Source: Eledone cirrhosa | Taxonomy: Eukaryota | DNA length: 64,000 nt | Direction: 5' to 3' | Assembly (NCBI GenBank): GCA_964016885.1 | Contig: OZ024745.1 | Location: 85,064,001 to 85,128,000, forward strand | Shown: positions 43,510 through 57,363 of the stretch, one piece after another | Numbering within the stretch: position 1 is the first letter of the stretch | Layout of the letters: the number at the start of each line of letters is the position of its first letter | Program-made: the position numbers and the translations under genes | Notes under the pieces: model-generated | The model's input: only the letters and a program-made list of their open reading frames with translations | Databases searched by the model: none | Told to the model about the DNA's origin: nothing

Positions 43510-43729
43510 TTATTTTTTTTATATATATGTGTGTGTGTGTATGTGTGTGTGTGTGTGTGTATATATATCTTTGTATATGTGTATGTGTATGTTCGTGTAG
43601 GTGTATGTGGTTGTATGACTATATATGTATGTGTATGTGTGTATGTGTGTGTGTATATATATCTATGTGGTTGTACATGTATGTATGTGTTTGTATGTGT
43701 ATGTGTGTATGTGTATATGTATATGTATG

Positions 43730-43788
<59 letters not shown>

Positions 43789-44075
43789 GTTTCTCTATTT
43801 GTATATGTATATGTGTATGGGTATATACCTTTTTCTTTGTATGTCTGAGTTGTGTGAGAGTGTAGTGGTGTTTGTATGTATATACCGATATATAGATGCG
43901 TAAGTATTTGTCTGTATGTATGTATATATGTCTGTATGTATTTGTGTGTATATATAGGTATGTATGTGTATATCTGTATGTATATATGTATGTAAGTGTA
44001 GGTATATGTGTATGTATGTGTGTATATATATGTGTGTCTATATAGTATGTGTGATTATATGCGTATGTATGAGTG

Positions 44076-44140
<65 letters not shown>

Positions 44141-44352
44141 GTGTATTTATATGTATGTGTGTATTTGTATCTATGTGTGTATATGTATATGTTTATATAT
44201 GTGTGTGTATGTTTTGTTCTAAGTGTGGATGTGTGTATATGTATGTATGTGTTTGTATATATGTATGTGTATATGTATATGTGTGTGTGTGTGTGTATGT
44301 ATGTGTATGTGTATATATATGTATGTATATATATATAAATATATATATATGG

Positions 44353-44383
<31 letters not shown>

Positions 44384-45023
44384 CTTGATATATTTCTTTT
44401 TTCTTTTTTCTTTTTTCTTTTTCTTTTCTTTCCTTTTTAATGTTTATTTATTATTTATTATTATTTTTTATTTTCTTAGTTTATAGATACATCTATATTA
44501 AGCAGGCAGCCCAAACCGTTGAATACTGACCTCTCCCCCCCCCTCCCACCTAATTTCTGTATCTTTATCTAAATGTGTGTGCCAGTGTTTATGTGAGTGA
44601 ATTAATATCCATGTGCTTAGGATTTTATATCCACATATATATATGTGAGTGGTGGTGTGTGTGTGTTTGTATGTTTGTAGTTTATGTGTATGTTTATGCA
44701 TATACGCGCGTGTATGTGTGATTGTACTGATATGTGTTAGTATGAAAATATGTGTATACACTTATTTCATATTTATGTATCTATACGCATCTTATCTGTG
44801 CATTATAAACTTACAGAGACATTAACCTTGAAATTTTGTATTTGCATCCATCCTTTTTGTATGAGTATACAGGTTGTGCATACATTTTTGTAAAATATGT
44901 GTAAGGGTTATTACATGTATATACACACACCGAACGGCATTAAACCTTTTGTATTTTCATTGGTCAATTTTGTTCCCAAACGGACCTGAAAGTTTGAATT
45001 GTTGTTATTATCAATAAATATAT

Positions 45024-45177
45024 TTCATTATTTCTGAAGACAGCGTATATATGTGTTGGTATGTATATTTAATCTTGATAGTTTGTATAATTTTGTATAA
45101 TTTTGTACATAGATCTGTTGAATATGCATGCCAACTCTAACACATATATATCCTAGAAACGATCGTTAAATAATGAA
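45024..45177 (+). ncRNA. Family A long-helix-II hammerhead-like motif (A3 right arm)
   Basis: TTCATTATTT-CTGAAGA-CAGCGTATATATGTGTTGG...CTAACACATATATATCCTA-GAAA-CGATCG-TT-AAATAATGAA. Confidence 0.75.
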
Positions 45178-45362
45178 CTTTTTTTGTTTAATATAAGGAA
45201 TTGTTTATTCATTATTTGTTTAATATTTTATCTTGACTCTGTATACCGTTTATCTTTCACCGAAAGTGATTTTTCATTACATTTCTTCTTTCCATGATAT
45301 CCGGAATACATTGAGTTCTTCATACGGATTGGACACTACCGTAAACTCTTGGTAGATTTATC

Positions 45363-45419
<57 letters not shown>

Positions 45420-45445
45420 ATATTTATTCATATCTATATATATTA

Positions 45446-45476
<31 letters not shown>

Positions 45477-45479
45477 TAC

Positions 45480-45515
<36 letters not shown>

Positions 45516-45552
45516 GTATATATATATATATTTACATATATATATATATATT

Positions 45553-45588
<36 letters not shown>

Positions 45589-45768
45589 TATTTATATATA
45601 CATATATATGTAAATATATATATATATTTATTAGAAAGTGATATTTTTTTTACAAAATGAAAAATAACCGAGATGTCCTACACGAGTGAAAGTATAAAGA
45701 AAAAGAGATGAAATCGAACATGCAACTGGAGTCTTATTTTTTTTTAAAATATATATATATATTTGGTT

Positions 45769-45806
45769 CCTTTACCGGTTTCGCAGTTCTTCTGCTTTTG
45801 AAAAGG
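45769..45806 (-). ncRNA. Orphan minimal hammerhead relic (U3-A8 core with G5C)
   Basis: Reverse complement reads CCTT-TTCAAAA-GCAG AAGAA CTGC-GAAA-CCGG-TA-AAGG. Confidence 0.55.
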
Positions 45807-45859
45807 TTAGTTGCGATGGAGGGTCTGTGGTTTTTCTCACATCTCACATTTTTCTCTAT

Positions 45860-46817
<958 letters not shown>

Positions 46818-47431
46818 AATATGTAGTTTAGAAAGCCACAACAATGCAGATGGGAAATCTCGAGGTAGGAAGTGAGTGAGAAATAGGAGAAAAGTGAAAA
46901 TTGAGAGACACGAAAATGAAAACAAAACAAAGGTAGAAGGGTTACCGTAGTGGAGATTTAATCCCAATATTTCGGGCTCACGCCCATCAACGGGGGAAAG
47001 TTTCAAAAGGGGGGGAACAGGCTAAGCCGGAGAAAGTTCTATTGTCGTTAAAACATAGGAATGCCGTTAAGGGGAAAATTCAAACGAGGGAAAGAATGCG
47101 CGTGCTCGTGAAAAGCTGTGGCAAAAGCTACTGACCAATTGGGTTAAATCAATAGGGTGCGCTAGCGTGTGAAAGCCGTAAAATATGTGTGTGTAAATAT
47201 ATATGAGTGTGTAACTGTGTGTGTATATGTGTATGTGTGTATGTATGTGAGTGTGTGTGTGTGAAAGATAGTGGGCCGTAGAAGCTGGAAATCAAAGGGT
47301 GTATATATATATATATTAATAAGAGGAATTCCAACTTTGTCTGATTTATTCGTTTTATTTACAATCCTTTAAAATTAATAATGGTATTATAATGAAATAG
47401 TATGATAGAATATTAAATGTTAAGTGTTAAT

Positions 47432-47470
47432 TGAACAAGTACTTTCATGCTTTCGCAATCTTCAGGTTCA
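47432..47470 (-). ncRNA. Minimal hammerhead with palindromic GUAC loop III (3' pLTR)
   Basis: Reverse complement reads TGAAC-CTGAAGA-TTGC GAAA GCAT-GAAA-GTAC-TT-GTTCA. Confidence 0.8.
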
Positions 47471-50280
47471 TAATGTGTGGTGACTGTCACGTTTGCAATT
47501 TTCAGCTGTAATGAGATGGGTAAATTTTGTACCTACAGTGAAATGTGGCTCCAGAATGCTAAATCGTGCAAACTGTATTTCGACCAATCGGTGTGTAGTT
47601 TCACTGAATTACTAAAGCTGATCGGTTTAGGCGTCACGGTTGGTTGAGCATGTCTAACGACCATTAATTGATCCTATCCAAAGCATCAATTGTTTTGCTA
47701 TATTTAGAAATGATGAAAATAACATTTTCTAGTAATCATCACCATCAACATCACTTTTATTATTATTATTGTTGTTGTTGTTGTTGGTGATCGTAGTCGA
47801 CATGGTCGTAGTCATAGTCATAGTAGAAGTAATACTCCTAAGCATTATTACTGTTCATTTAGCTTGGGTTTGAATTTATCAATAAAATTCTTTTCTTTGA
47901 TTTTTCTCTTGATTTCACTTGGGCTGTGTAATTTGTAGAATGGGAATATTATAAATATTCCCTGACCTCATGTTGCTAGATGGTTACTTAGGGTATCTGA
48001 CGGACATTTGGGTCTCTGATTTGCTGACGGTGTACCCGTGCACGTTCCGATAGTGCATTTCCAGTTTGACCGACATATAGTCCTTCACAATTCGGGCATT
48101 TAATGCAGTAAATTAGATTTCTGCTTTTGCACTTCATATTTGCATTTGGGAATATTTTTCCAGTTTTTGTTTTCATATATTGACCGGCGTGTATGGATTG
48201 ACATGTGCCGCATCGACTATCATTGCATTTAGATACAGTGAATGATTGGTCATTGTTGTTAAGGTCAAACTTTGCTTTTGTTAGTAATTGCTTCAAATTT
48301 TTCGGCTGACTTTTACTAAGAGTCAAAGATCGATCTGTGATTAAGCCTTTTAATTCATTACTTTGAGCAATGATCGGTAGGTGTGCTTTGGCAGTGTTGA
48401 AGATATTCTGGTGACATGGGTTGTGTGTCATTATAAATGGTATGACCAGTTCTTGGTTTCTTCTTCCTTGGGTTGTTCTAAGTTGTTGTATAGGTATTTT
48501 TATAGCCCGCTGTATGCCATTTTCTATAAGTAGAGATGGGTATTTTTGTTTGAGCAAAAATTCTTTTAGTTCTGTTAGGCGTTTGTACCTGGTATTCGTA
48601 TTTTCTACAATGGTACAAATTCTTCTGGCTAGGCAGTATGGGATGTTGCATTTTGTATGAGGTGGATGGCACGACTTAAAATTCAGATATTGATGGGTGT
48701 CTGTGTGTTTATAATATATATCCGTGGTAATGGTGGTGTCGTTTTTGATTATCATTATATCTAGGAATGGTAATTTGGTCGTACTCATCTCTTTTGTGAA
48801 TTGGAGAGATGGGTGTAGGTTATTCAGGAGGATATTGAACTCATCCAGAGTATCTAGAGATTCTGTCCAGATGATGAAACAGTCGTCAAGGTATCTCTTC
48901 CAAGATTTTTCAATGTACTTTCTAAAGTCAGTATTATATTTTTCCTCTATTTCTTGGTAGAGTTGTTGTTCTAAGTATCCCATTACAGAGTACGCGTAAA
49001 TGGGAGCAAACTTCGTTCCCATCGCTGTGCCTCTAATTTGGATGTAATTCTTTCCATTGAAGAAGAAAGTGTTGTTTTCCAGAATAAGTTTAACTGCGTC
49101 TAATATAAATGGCGCTGTGAATCTGATGGGAATCACTTCTCTATGTTTTTCCACCCAGTATTTAACCGCCTTTATTCCTAAATCATGTGTAATGTTGGTG
49201 TAAAGGCTTACCACATCAAAACTAAGTAGAAGTGAATTCGTTTCCGTGCTTTTGGGAAGATGGAACAGTAAGTCGATATCATCCCGGATGAAACTGGGTA
49301 TGTGAATACATAGTGGTTTCAAAATAATGTCAACAAAATTGCTTAGACGGTGGGTGGGGCATGTTGGACCAGCTATAATAGGTCTAAGTTTTAAGTCTTT
49401 TGGGTGTAGTAATTTAATGTCCTCACTGTTTTGTTCTCTTACTGCCAGTTGTATTTCTTTTGACTTATGAACTTTCGGTAGGCCATACAGGTTCCTTATC
49501 AGTGAGTGAGTTGTGGTATTTTGAAGCCAGGTTGTTGATCTTCTTCATGATGTTGTGGTCTATATTTGACGGTATTTCATGATAGAATGTTGTGTCTTTC
49601 AGTTGTTCCTCAACCAAATCCTTGTAGTATTCAGTATCCATTATAACAACTGCACCCCCTTTATCTGCTTGTTTAATTATTATTGTTTTATCATTTTGTA
49701 TACGTTTAAGTACAGACATTTCTGATTTGTTAATGTTTGGCCTAACATTAGTATTATGTCTAAGAGGAAATTTAGACAGGATGTCAATGTATTGGTCGAG
49801 ATAGATATTTCTTCCTTTTGGCGGAGTGAAATTTGATTTATTCTTTACTAGTGATTCATCACTCTCATTACTTTTTATCAGCGAAGAATTCTACAAGACG
49901 TAATTTTCGACAGAATTCTTGGATTTCCTCCTTCAGTTCTTGGTGGTTTACTGTTGGAGTCGGTGTGAATTTCGGTCCTTTTGACAGAATTTGCATTCAA
50001 TCATTGTCAAGATCTCTTTTGGATAAATTAATTATTTTAGGATCTATGTGTACAGTTGTTTTGGGTATGTTTCCTCCTGGAGTTATTCTTTTTCCGGTTT
50101 TTGTTGTCCTGACGTTAAAAAATGGATTTTTTTCTGTTCAGGATTTATATTCCTGTTGGTGTTCGCTTGATGAACTTTTGGTCGTGATATTATATTTGGT
50201 TTCGTTATGTATTTTGTCCTATTTTTGGTATTATGTATATTATTTTTCCATTCCTTGTTAGCATTATTTCTTGTTAGCAA

Positions 50281-50467
50281 GGGCGGCGAATTGGCAGTAT
50301 CGGTAGAGAGTCGGAAACCATGCTTTGAAGCATAGAGTTACGTCCCTTTATGATCTGAGTTCAAATCCCGCCGAGGTTAACTTTGCCTTTCATCCTTACG
50401 GAGTCGATAAAATAAAGTACCAGTAATGTACTGGGTATTTGCTGGCCTTGTGCCTAAAATAGAAACA
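50281..50467 (+). mobile_element. tRNA-derived SINE with 17-bp target-site duplication, nested in the Neptune PLE
   Basis: B-box GAGTTCAAATCC; ATTATTTCTTGTTAGCA duplicated at 50263-50279 and 50468-50484. Confidence 0.85.
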
Positions 50468-50582
50468 ATTATTTCTTGTTAGCATTATTTTTAACAATCT
50501 GGGGAAATGACCTAGGTTTGCTTTCATGTTTACCCATCTCATTACAGTTGAAAATTGCAAACTTGACTGTCACCATACATTA

Positions 50583-50621
50583 TGAACCTGAAGATTGCGA
50601 AAGCATGAAAGTACTTGTTCA
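50583..50621 (+). ncRNA. Minimal hammerhead with palindromic GUAC loop III (inverted 5' pLTR)
   Basis: TGAAC-CTGAAGA-TTGCGAAAGCAT-GAAA-GTAC-TT-GTTCA. Confidence 0.8.
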
Positions 50622-50798
50622 ATTAACACTTAACATTTAATATTCTATCATACTATTTCATTATAATACCATTATAAATTTTAAAGGATTGTAAATAAAA
50701 CGAGTAAATCAGACAAAGTTGGAATTCCTCTTATTATATGTATATATATATATATGTATACATATATATGTATATATATATATATGTATATATATATG

Positions 50799-50829
<31 letters not shown>

Positions 50830-51163
50830 GTGTATATATATATATATATATATGTATGTATATATATATATGTATATATATATGTATATATATGTATATA
50901 TATATGTATATATATATATGTATATATATGTATATATATATGTATGTATATATATATATGTATATATATATGTATATATATATGTATATATATACATATA
51001 TATATACATATATATATACATATATATATATATACATATATATATACATATATATACATATATATACATATATATATACATATATATATATACATATATA
51101 TTTATATACATATATATATATATACATATATATATATACATATATATAAATATATATATATAG

Positions 51164-51194
<31 letters not shown>

Positions 51195-51233
51195 ATTATA
51201 TATATATACATATATATATATACATATATATAA

Positions 51234-51481
51234 AAGTGAGACAGAGGAGACTGAGGTTAGCTGGACATACTCACCGACATCCAGAGTTGACATTGCACTC
51301 AATGCTACTTTGGGAGCCCCTACATGGACACACTAGAAGAGGAAGAGCAAGGTTAACGTATGTTCACGCCCTAAGGACAGACACTGGTCTGTTGGAGTCG
51401 CAGGACATGGCAGCGATAATGAGGGACAGAGACCGCTGGAGAGAACTCGTCCATGGATCTCGGGAATTTACCCGCCTTAGA
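51234..51481 (+). mobile_element. 5'-truncated copy of RTE2 LINE
   Basis: Matches 28528-28776; same 3' end CCCGCCTTAGA. Confidence 0.9.
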
Positions 51482-51489
51482 ATAGAGAA

Positions 51490-51501
51490 TATATGTATAA
51501 T

Positions 51502-51556
<55 letters not shown>

Positions 51557-51999
51557 GTATGTATATATATATGTATATATATATATGTATATATATATAT
51601 GTATATATATATTTGGATGTATATATATATATATGTCTATATATATGTATATATATATATATGTATAATATATATATATGTATATATATATATAATTATA
51701 TATATGTATTTATATATATATAAGTGTATATATATATGTATATATATATATGTATATATATATATGTATATATATATATATGTATATATATCTATATGTA
51801 TATCTCTATATATATATATGTATATATATATGTATATATCTATATCTATATATATATATGTATATATATATGTATATATATATATGTATATATATATATG
51901 TATATATAGATGTATATATATATATATGTATAATATATATATGTATATATATATATAATTATATATATGTATGTATATATATATATGTGTATATATATG

Positions 52000-52062
<63 letters not shown>

Positions 52063-52201
52063 CTATATGTATATATATATGTATATATATATATGTATAT
52101 ATATATGTATATATATATATGTATATATATATATGTATATATATATGTATATATATATATATCTATATATATATCTATATATATATATGTATATATATAT
52201 G

Positions 52202-52256
<55 letters not shown>

Positions 52257-52283
52257 GTATATATATATGTATATATATGTATA

Positions 52284-52357
<74 letters not shown>

Positions 52358-52494
52358 TATATATATGTATATATATATGTAGATATATATGTAGATATAT
52401 ATACATATATATGTATACATATATGTATATATATGTATGTATATATAAATGTATATATATGTATATATATATGTATATTATATATATATATATG

Positions 52495-52544
<50 letters not shown>

Positions 52545-52617
52545 ATTAAATAAATGGAAACTATATTTATAAAACCATATTTATTTCATTATATATATAT
52601 GTATATATGTATATATA

Positions 52618-52648
<31 letters not shown>

Positions 52649-52649
52649 C

Positions 52650-52680
<31 letters not shown>

Positions 52681-52763
52681 CATATATATATACATATATA
52701 TATGTATATACATATATATATATACATATATATATATACATATATATATATATACATAATGTT

Positions 52764-52848
<85 letters not shown>

Positions 52849-52909
52849 TTATATATGTATATATATATGTATATATATATGTATATATATATGTATATAT
52901 ATATATATG

Positions 52910-52940
<31 letters not shown>

Positions 52941-53007
52941 GTATATATATATGTATATATATATGTAAATACATATATATGTATATATATATATGTATAT
53001 ATATATG

Positions 53008-53042
<35 letters not shown>

Positions 53043-53055
53043 GTATATATATATG

Positions 53056-53086
<31 letters not shown>

Positions 53087-53448
53087 GTATATATATATAT
53101 ATGTATATATATATATGTATATAATAATGTATATATATATATGTATATATATGTATATATATATATTTATATATGTATATACATATATATAATATATGTT
53201 TATATATATGTATATATATGTATATATATATGTATATATATATGTATATATATATGTATATATATTTATGTATATAAATATGTATTTGTATATATATATA
53301 TGTATATATATATTTATAATTATATATATGTATGTATATATATGTATATATATATGTATATATATGTATATATATATGTATATATATATATGCTTATATA
53401 TATGTATATATATATATGTATATATATATGCATATATATATGTACATG
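51490..53448. repeat. Long degenerate (TA)n tract containing a ~48-bp family E fragment at ~52546-52593
   Basis: Direct reading. Confidence 0.9.
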
Positions 53449-54053
53449 TATCCCAGTACAACCTGTCTCATGGTCGGGTCGTTGGCGACTAAACTGGCAA
53501 CCCCACCAAGGTTTCTTGGTGAGGAGGGTGACTTTGGACATCCTGCAGGACTAAAAACAAAACCTGTCAAAGGGCAAAGGAGCTCTTAAGAGTCAATGGC
53601 CATCCAAAATCACCGGGAGAGATGACCCCTTTAGCCTTAGTCAAGGCAGAATTCTAGGAGAAGGAAAACTCTGATATAACACCTGCAACCCTGATGGTAT
53701 CCAATGATGTTGACTTGTTCTTCTTTTTGGTAAATAGCATCTTGGTTAAGAGAGTGGGACTGGCTTTGTGCAGTGCCTTTGCTCACTATAAAAGCTTCAC
53801 GGCACAGGCATTGCTTTATATCTGGAGATCTCTCTGCACTTGTCCTCACATGGGCCCAGCACTATGTGTCAATGGTTGTCCTACCATGGGCCTAGCACTA
53901 TGTGTCAATGATTGTCACAGGTGTAGTGTTTGTACCAGAGGTTTCAAGTCGCTGGCTGGACTAAAAAGTCACACTCGTTCAGCGCTTCGGTAGGGGTTAT
54001 CCTACATGGATGTAAAGTAGTGGCCGTACTCGAAAACGAGTTGGCAGCCACCA
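53449..54053 (+). mobile_element. Probable non-autonomous bipartite RTE derivative (5' UTR + zinc-finger-like C-terminus + 3' end)
   Basis: GTCGTTGGCGACTAAA and CTAGGAGAAGGAAAACTCTG resemble RTE 5' UTR motifs (recalled). [19 protein letters not shown] resembles the RTE C-terminal finger. TA-flanked. Confidence 0.5.
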
Positions 54054-54209
54054 TATATGTACATATATATATGTAGATATATATGTATATATGTATATAT
54101 ATGTATATATGTATATATATATGTGTATATGTATATATATATGTATATATATATGTATATATATATGTATATACATATGTATATATATATATGTGTGTAT
54201 ATATATATG

Positions 54210-54290
<81 letters not shown>

Positions 54291-54291
54291 G

Positions 54292-54356
<65 letters not shown>

Positions 54357-54387
54357 GTATATATATATATATGTATATATATATATG

Positions 54388-56182
54388 TAATGTATAATTA
54401 ACAATACAATATAATTACCTCATTACCAGAGGTGTCACTTTAGCCGCATATACAATGGCTTTGGTGTTGCATTTACCTTGTAAAGGGCATTCACTTTTGA
54501 CTCTACAGGAGCAATTTTGATGTTCTCTAGATGATTTTTTGTTGATGATATAATATTTAATAGGGGGACCGCAGGAGTAGCTAATTTTGACACAGCTTCT
54601 ATTAAAGATCTTATAGTATCTATGTGTTCTAGGGAAATGTTTATCTAAGAGCACTAGGAATTTTTTGCCTACATTTGTTTTAACTGCTAGAGAGTAGGGG
54701 GTGTGAACCAGATTATTTTTCTTTTCCTATTTTTATGTTTAAAAGAGTTAGTATAGTTGGGTATGTATTTAATCAGTTCGCTAAATCCGCTAATATTAGC
54801 CGTAGGATCTCCCCCCTCTCTTCCTCAGACGCTATTTTCAATAAGGCATCCCCTACTATTATAAAGCCCTCCAAAATAGCGGATTTAGCGAACCGATTAA
54901 ATACATACCCAACTATACTAACTCTTTTAAACATAAAAATAGGAAAAGAAAAATAATCTGGTTCACACCCCCTAATCTCTAGAAGTTAAAACTAATGTAG
55001 GCAAAAAATTCCTAGTGCTCTTAGATAAACATTTCCCTAAAACACATAGATACTATAAGATCTTTAATAGAAACTGTGTCAAAATTAGCTACTCCTGCGT
55101 CCCCCTATTAAATATTATATCATCAACAAAAAATCACCCAGAGAACATCAAAATTGCTCCTGTAGAGTCAAAAGTGAATGCCCATTACAAGGTAAATGCA
55201 ACACCAAAGCCATTGTATATGCGGCTAAAGTGACAACCATCAGCAACAACCAACCAGCCACCAGTGAACGATATGTGGGTATGACACAAGACAAATTCAA
55301 ATCGCGTTATTACTCACATGTCGCATTCTTTCGACATCCAGAAAAAAGATTCACAACAGCTCTGGCTAGCAGAATATAGGATTTGAAAGTCCAAGGTATC
55401 CAATATAAATTGGATTGGTCAATTTTGAACCAATCTAAATAATATGCAAGAGGAACAAGAAAATGAACACTCTGCATAAATGAAAAATATTGGATTTTAC
55501 AAAACCTTAAATCACCAAAAACCTGCCTAAATACAAAGACAGAAACTTTCACCAGTTGCCCACACATGAAATCCTACTTGCTTTCCAGCTCATATAAACT
55601 TAACTCACTTTCAGATACTTATCCGCCATAAGCTCTTATTCTTCACTTAAATTATTCTCTTTAAAGACTACTCTTTCTGATTTACTTTCATTTTTAACCT
55701 TATTAATTTTATTTTTATTTTTATTTTTACTTCACATCCACCAGTAACTCCCCCCTTTATTCTTCGATTCACTTACCTAATATCTTCACTTTCCACATTT
55801 ATCTTCCCTTTTTTCTTTACTACCTGATTACACAGGTCACTTGCGTTTTCCACTCAAGATATTTACTGTTATTTCGCAGCCAATTTTATATTTTTATATT
55901 TGTACTCATTTATTCATAAGGCTGCTTTACACCCTGTATCTATGTGTCTGAGCGTCTTTATGTGTGTATACGTTCCGTATATGTACACGAACGCCTCCGT
56001 ATGCGCGCGTGCGAGCGTGTATATATATGTGTATGTATGTATGTTTTTATATCTGTGTTTTTACATCTATGTTTTTTACATTCTTATTTTTATGTGTGTG
56101 CGTGTAAGCAGGTCAATGTACGTGAATCTGTTCGTGTGCATGTATGTATATATGTATTGTATGTATGGGTGTGTATGTGTGC

Positions 56183-56224
<42 letters not shown>

Positions 56225-57105
56225 TCGCGTACGTACGTATGATTAGATATACATGGGGCGATATGTATGAATATGTATACGTGCATCCTGTGTATGTATG
56301 TACGCATGCATACGCTTTTGTCCGTACGTATTGCGTGTATATATATTTTTTTTATAGATATATGTTTTTTATAGATATATATGTATGTACGCGTGTATCT
56401 TTTCTTTTCTTTTCTTTTCTCTAGTGTTAATTGACTACATTCTCTTTCATTTAAACATTTTTTCTTTCTCACATATTGTTTAATTTTTATACATATATCG
56501 AGAATGACACTTTCTTTTAACTATTACACTCCCTTCCCCATTTATCTTCCTCATATAAGTGATCACGCGTGTGTGTGTTTATACGCGTGCTTTCATACTC
56601 ATATGTGTATCTAATATCTGCTTCTGGATTCGTGTCAACTAGATTATATCCGTATTTGTGGTTACATATACACAAATATACTTGCCCTCATATATGTACT
56701 TACGTACACATTTTCACAATACACATGCATTTGTACATACATACATATGTACATTTGTGAGTGTATATACATACATATACACACACCTAACTATATTTCC
56801 TCATATTTTTTTATATATTTTATATGTCTATTGCATTACATTTCTTTATATATATATATATGTATATATATTTTTTTTCTTTTGCTTTTCTTGAAGAGAC
56901 TTTCCAAATATTTCACTATGTTTTATATTGTCTTGTTCGACGAACGAATGAGGACGTATCTTTCGTATTCGTCTTATTCGGGAAACCTCTCGTAATGAGG
57001 TAATTATATTGTATTGTTTATTATACATTAAATTTTGCTCTGGTACTTACATAGATCACTTTTCACTGCTATGACTTTTTCAATTTTCAACGGAAACTTC
57101 AATAT
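54388..57105 (+). mobile_element. Naiad-type PLE family D, degraded; RT thumb + GIY-YIG (~54793-55630) with an inverted, internally deleted left arm
   Basis: LLDKHFP...KIFNR..VKISYSC, CSCRVKSECPL, YVGMTQDKFKSRY; 54434-54792 is the reverse complement of ~54877-55235. Confidence 0.85.
56934..57010 (+). ncRNA. Degenerate hammerhead-like motif, family D
   Basis: TCGACGA-ACGAATGAGGACG...CGTCTTATTCGG-GAAA-CCTC tcgtaat GAGG-TA; core has two mismatches and helix I is poor. Confidence 0.45.
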
Positions 57106-57132
57106 CTATATATATATATGTACATATATATG

Positions 57133-57165
<33 letters not shown>

Positions 57166-57300
57166 GTATATATATATATTTATATATGTATATATATATG
57201 TATACATATATGTATATATATATATGTATATATATATGTATATATATATATATATGTATATATATACAAATGTATATATATATATGTATATATATATATT

Positions 57301-57363
<63 letters not shown>

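Larger units (their letters stand above)
34990..45368 (-). mobile_element. PLE family A copy A3: 10.4-kb foldback, arms 34990-39606 and 40615-45231, ~1-kb spacer
   Basis: Arms are near-identical reverse complements including internal microsatellites. Open frame 39112-40612 encodes RT C-terminus + GIY-YIG; inverted GIY-YIG copy at ~40615-41109. Confidence 0.93.
47318..50735 (-). mobile_element. Neptune-type PLE, near full-length and degraded, with ~205-bp inverted pLTRs (47318-47525 and 50529-50735)
   Basis: LSKGPKFTPTP, KQADKGGAVV, GRPII-like motif, FDVVSLYTNI, GTAMGTKFAP, RYLDD, LPFLD, Cys-rich linker CNDSRCGTC...CKSRNLIYCIKCPNC, YVGQT; terminal inverted repeat with hammerhead. Confidence 0.88.
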
